Source: Macrostomum lignano
Lineage: Eukaryota
Assembly: GCA_002269645.1 (NCBI GenBank)
Contig: NIVC01001204.1
Coordinates: forward strand, 186,001 to 250,000
Reading direction: 5' to 3'
DNA length: 64,000 nt
Shown here: piece after piece, positions 63,618 through 64,000 of the stretch
Layout: each line of letters starts with the position of its first letter
Numbering within the stretch: the stretch's first letter is position 1
Notes under the pieces: model-generated
Seen by the model: the letters and a program-made list of their open reading frames with translations, nothing else
Database searches by the model: none
Told to the model about the DNA's origin: nothing
Translations under genes and position numbers: made by a program

Positions 63618-64000
63618 TCAATCCGTCACACTCGTGACAAACAGCTCAGCAAACTGAACCCAAAGCTTTATAGGTTCAACCGTCATGGACACGGGAGCAA
63701 GTGCAAAGCAGATTTTTCTTCCCTCAAAGGCGGCAGAATCGCTGGTCCCTTGCGATCCCAGCCAGATCTCAGTGTACTTGGCATCAATATTCAGCTCGTA
63801 GTTGGTCCGATTTGAAACAGAAAAGTCTGTGCCATTGCAGACAACAGTGTGAGCTCCAGAAGCACTGCTGTAGCTCAGGCCCATGTAGAACTTCTCAAAA
63901 GGCACCAGAGGCAATGAAGCATCCGTGAGGAACCCAGTCAGACGGGTAAACAAGTTGGCGAATTTCACTTTGCTACCCGAGAAGTAGGCGAACGCGCAGA
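63618..64000 (-). CDS. 3' part of an unidentified coding exon running off the window end
   Basis: Open frame from the window edge (CAFAYFSGSKVKFANLF..FYMGLSY..VVCNGT..IWLGSQG) to TGA 63618; beta-rich, family not recognised. Confidence 0.5.
   Translation of the reverse strand, partial: CAFAYFSGSKVKFANLFTRLTGFLTDASLPLVPFEKFYMGLSYSSASGAHTVVCNGTDFSVSNRTNYELNIDAKYTEIWLGSQGTSDSAAFEGRKICFALAPVSMTVEPIKLWVQFAELFVTSVTD

Overview
Eukaryotic (metazoan) genomic DNA with GC-rich exons and introns filled with minisatellites. The style suggests a free-living flatworm such as Macrostomum, which is an inference. The left half holds a compact run of conserved genes. On the + strand are HROB/C17orf53 (1-bp frameshift), UROD, a double-LOTUS + Tudor (TDRD5/7-like) gene and an apparently BAH-less ORC1. 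On the - strand are GINS4/SLD5 and LRRC58. A frameshifted EGFR-type L-domain fragment lies between the two groups. The right half is mostly transposon-derived: a dead PHD-FLYWCH (Mutator-like) fragment, an EnSpm/CACTA-type element with two divergent intron-containing genes, a mariner split by a solo LTR, an intron-containing Ginger-like integrase and several MITEs. It also carries secreted WSC-PAN and PAN-C-type-lectin genes. The most notable observations are: (1) several minisatellite units resemble the adjacent splice junction; (2) a 1.3-kb insertion flanked by a 272-bp direct duplication ends in an HDV-like ribozyme motif; (3) the genes have an operon-like layout and include three replication-helicase-related genes. 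All coordinates were read by hand, and no database searches or folding programs were run.
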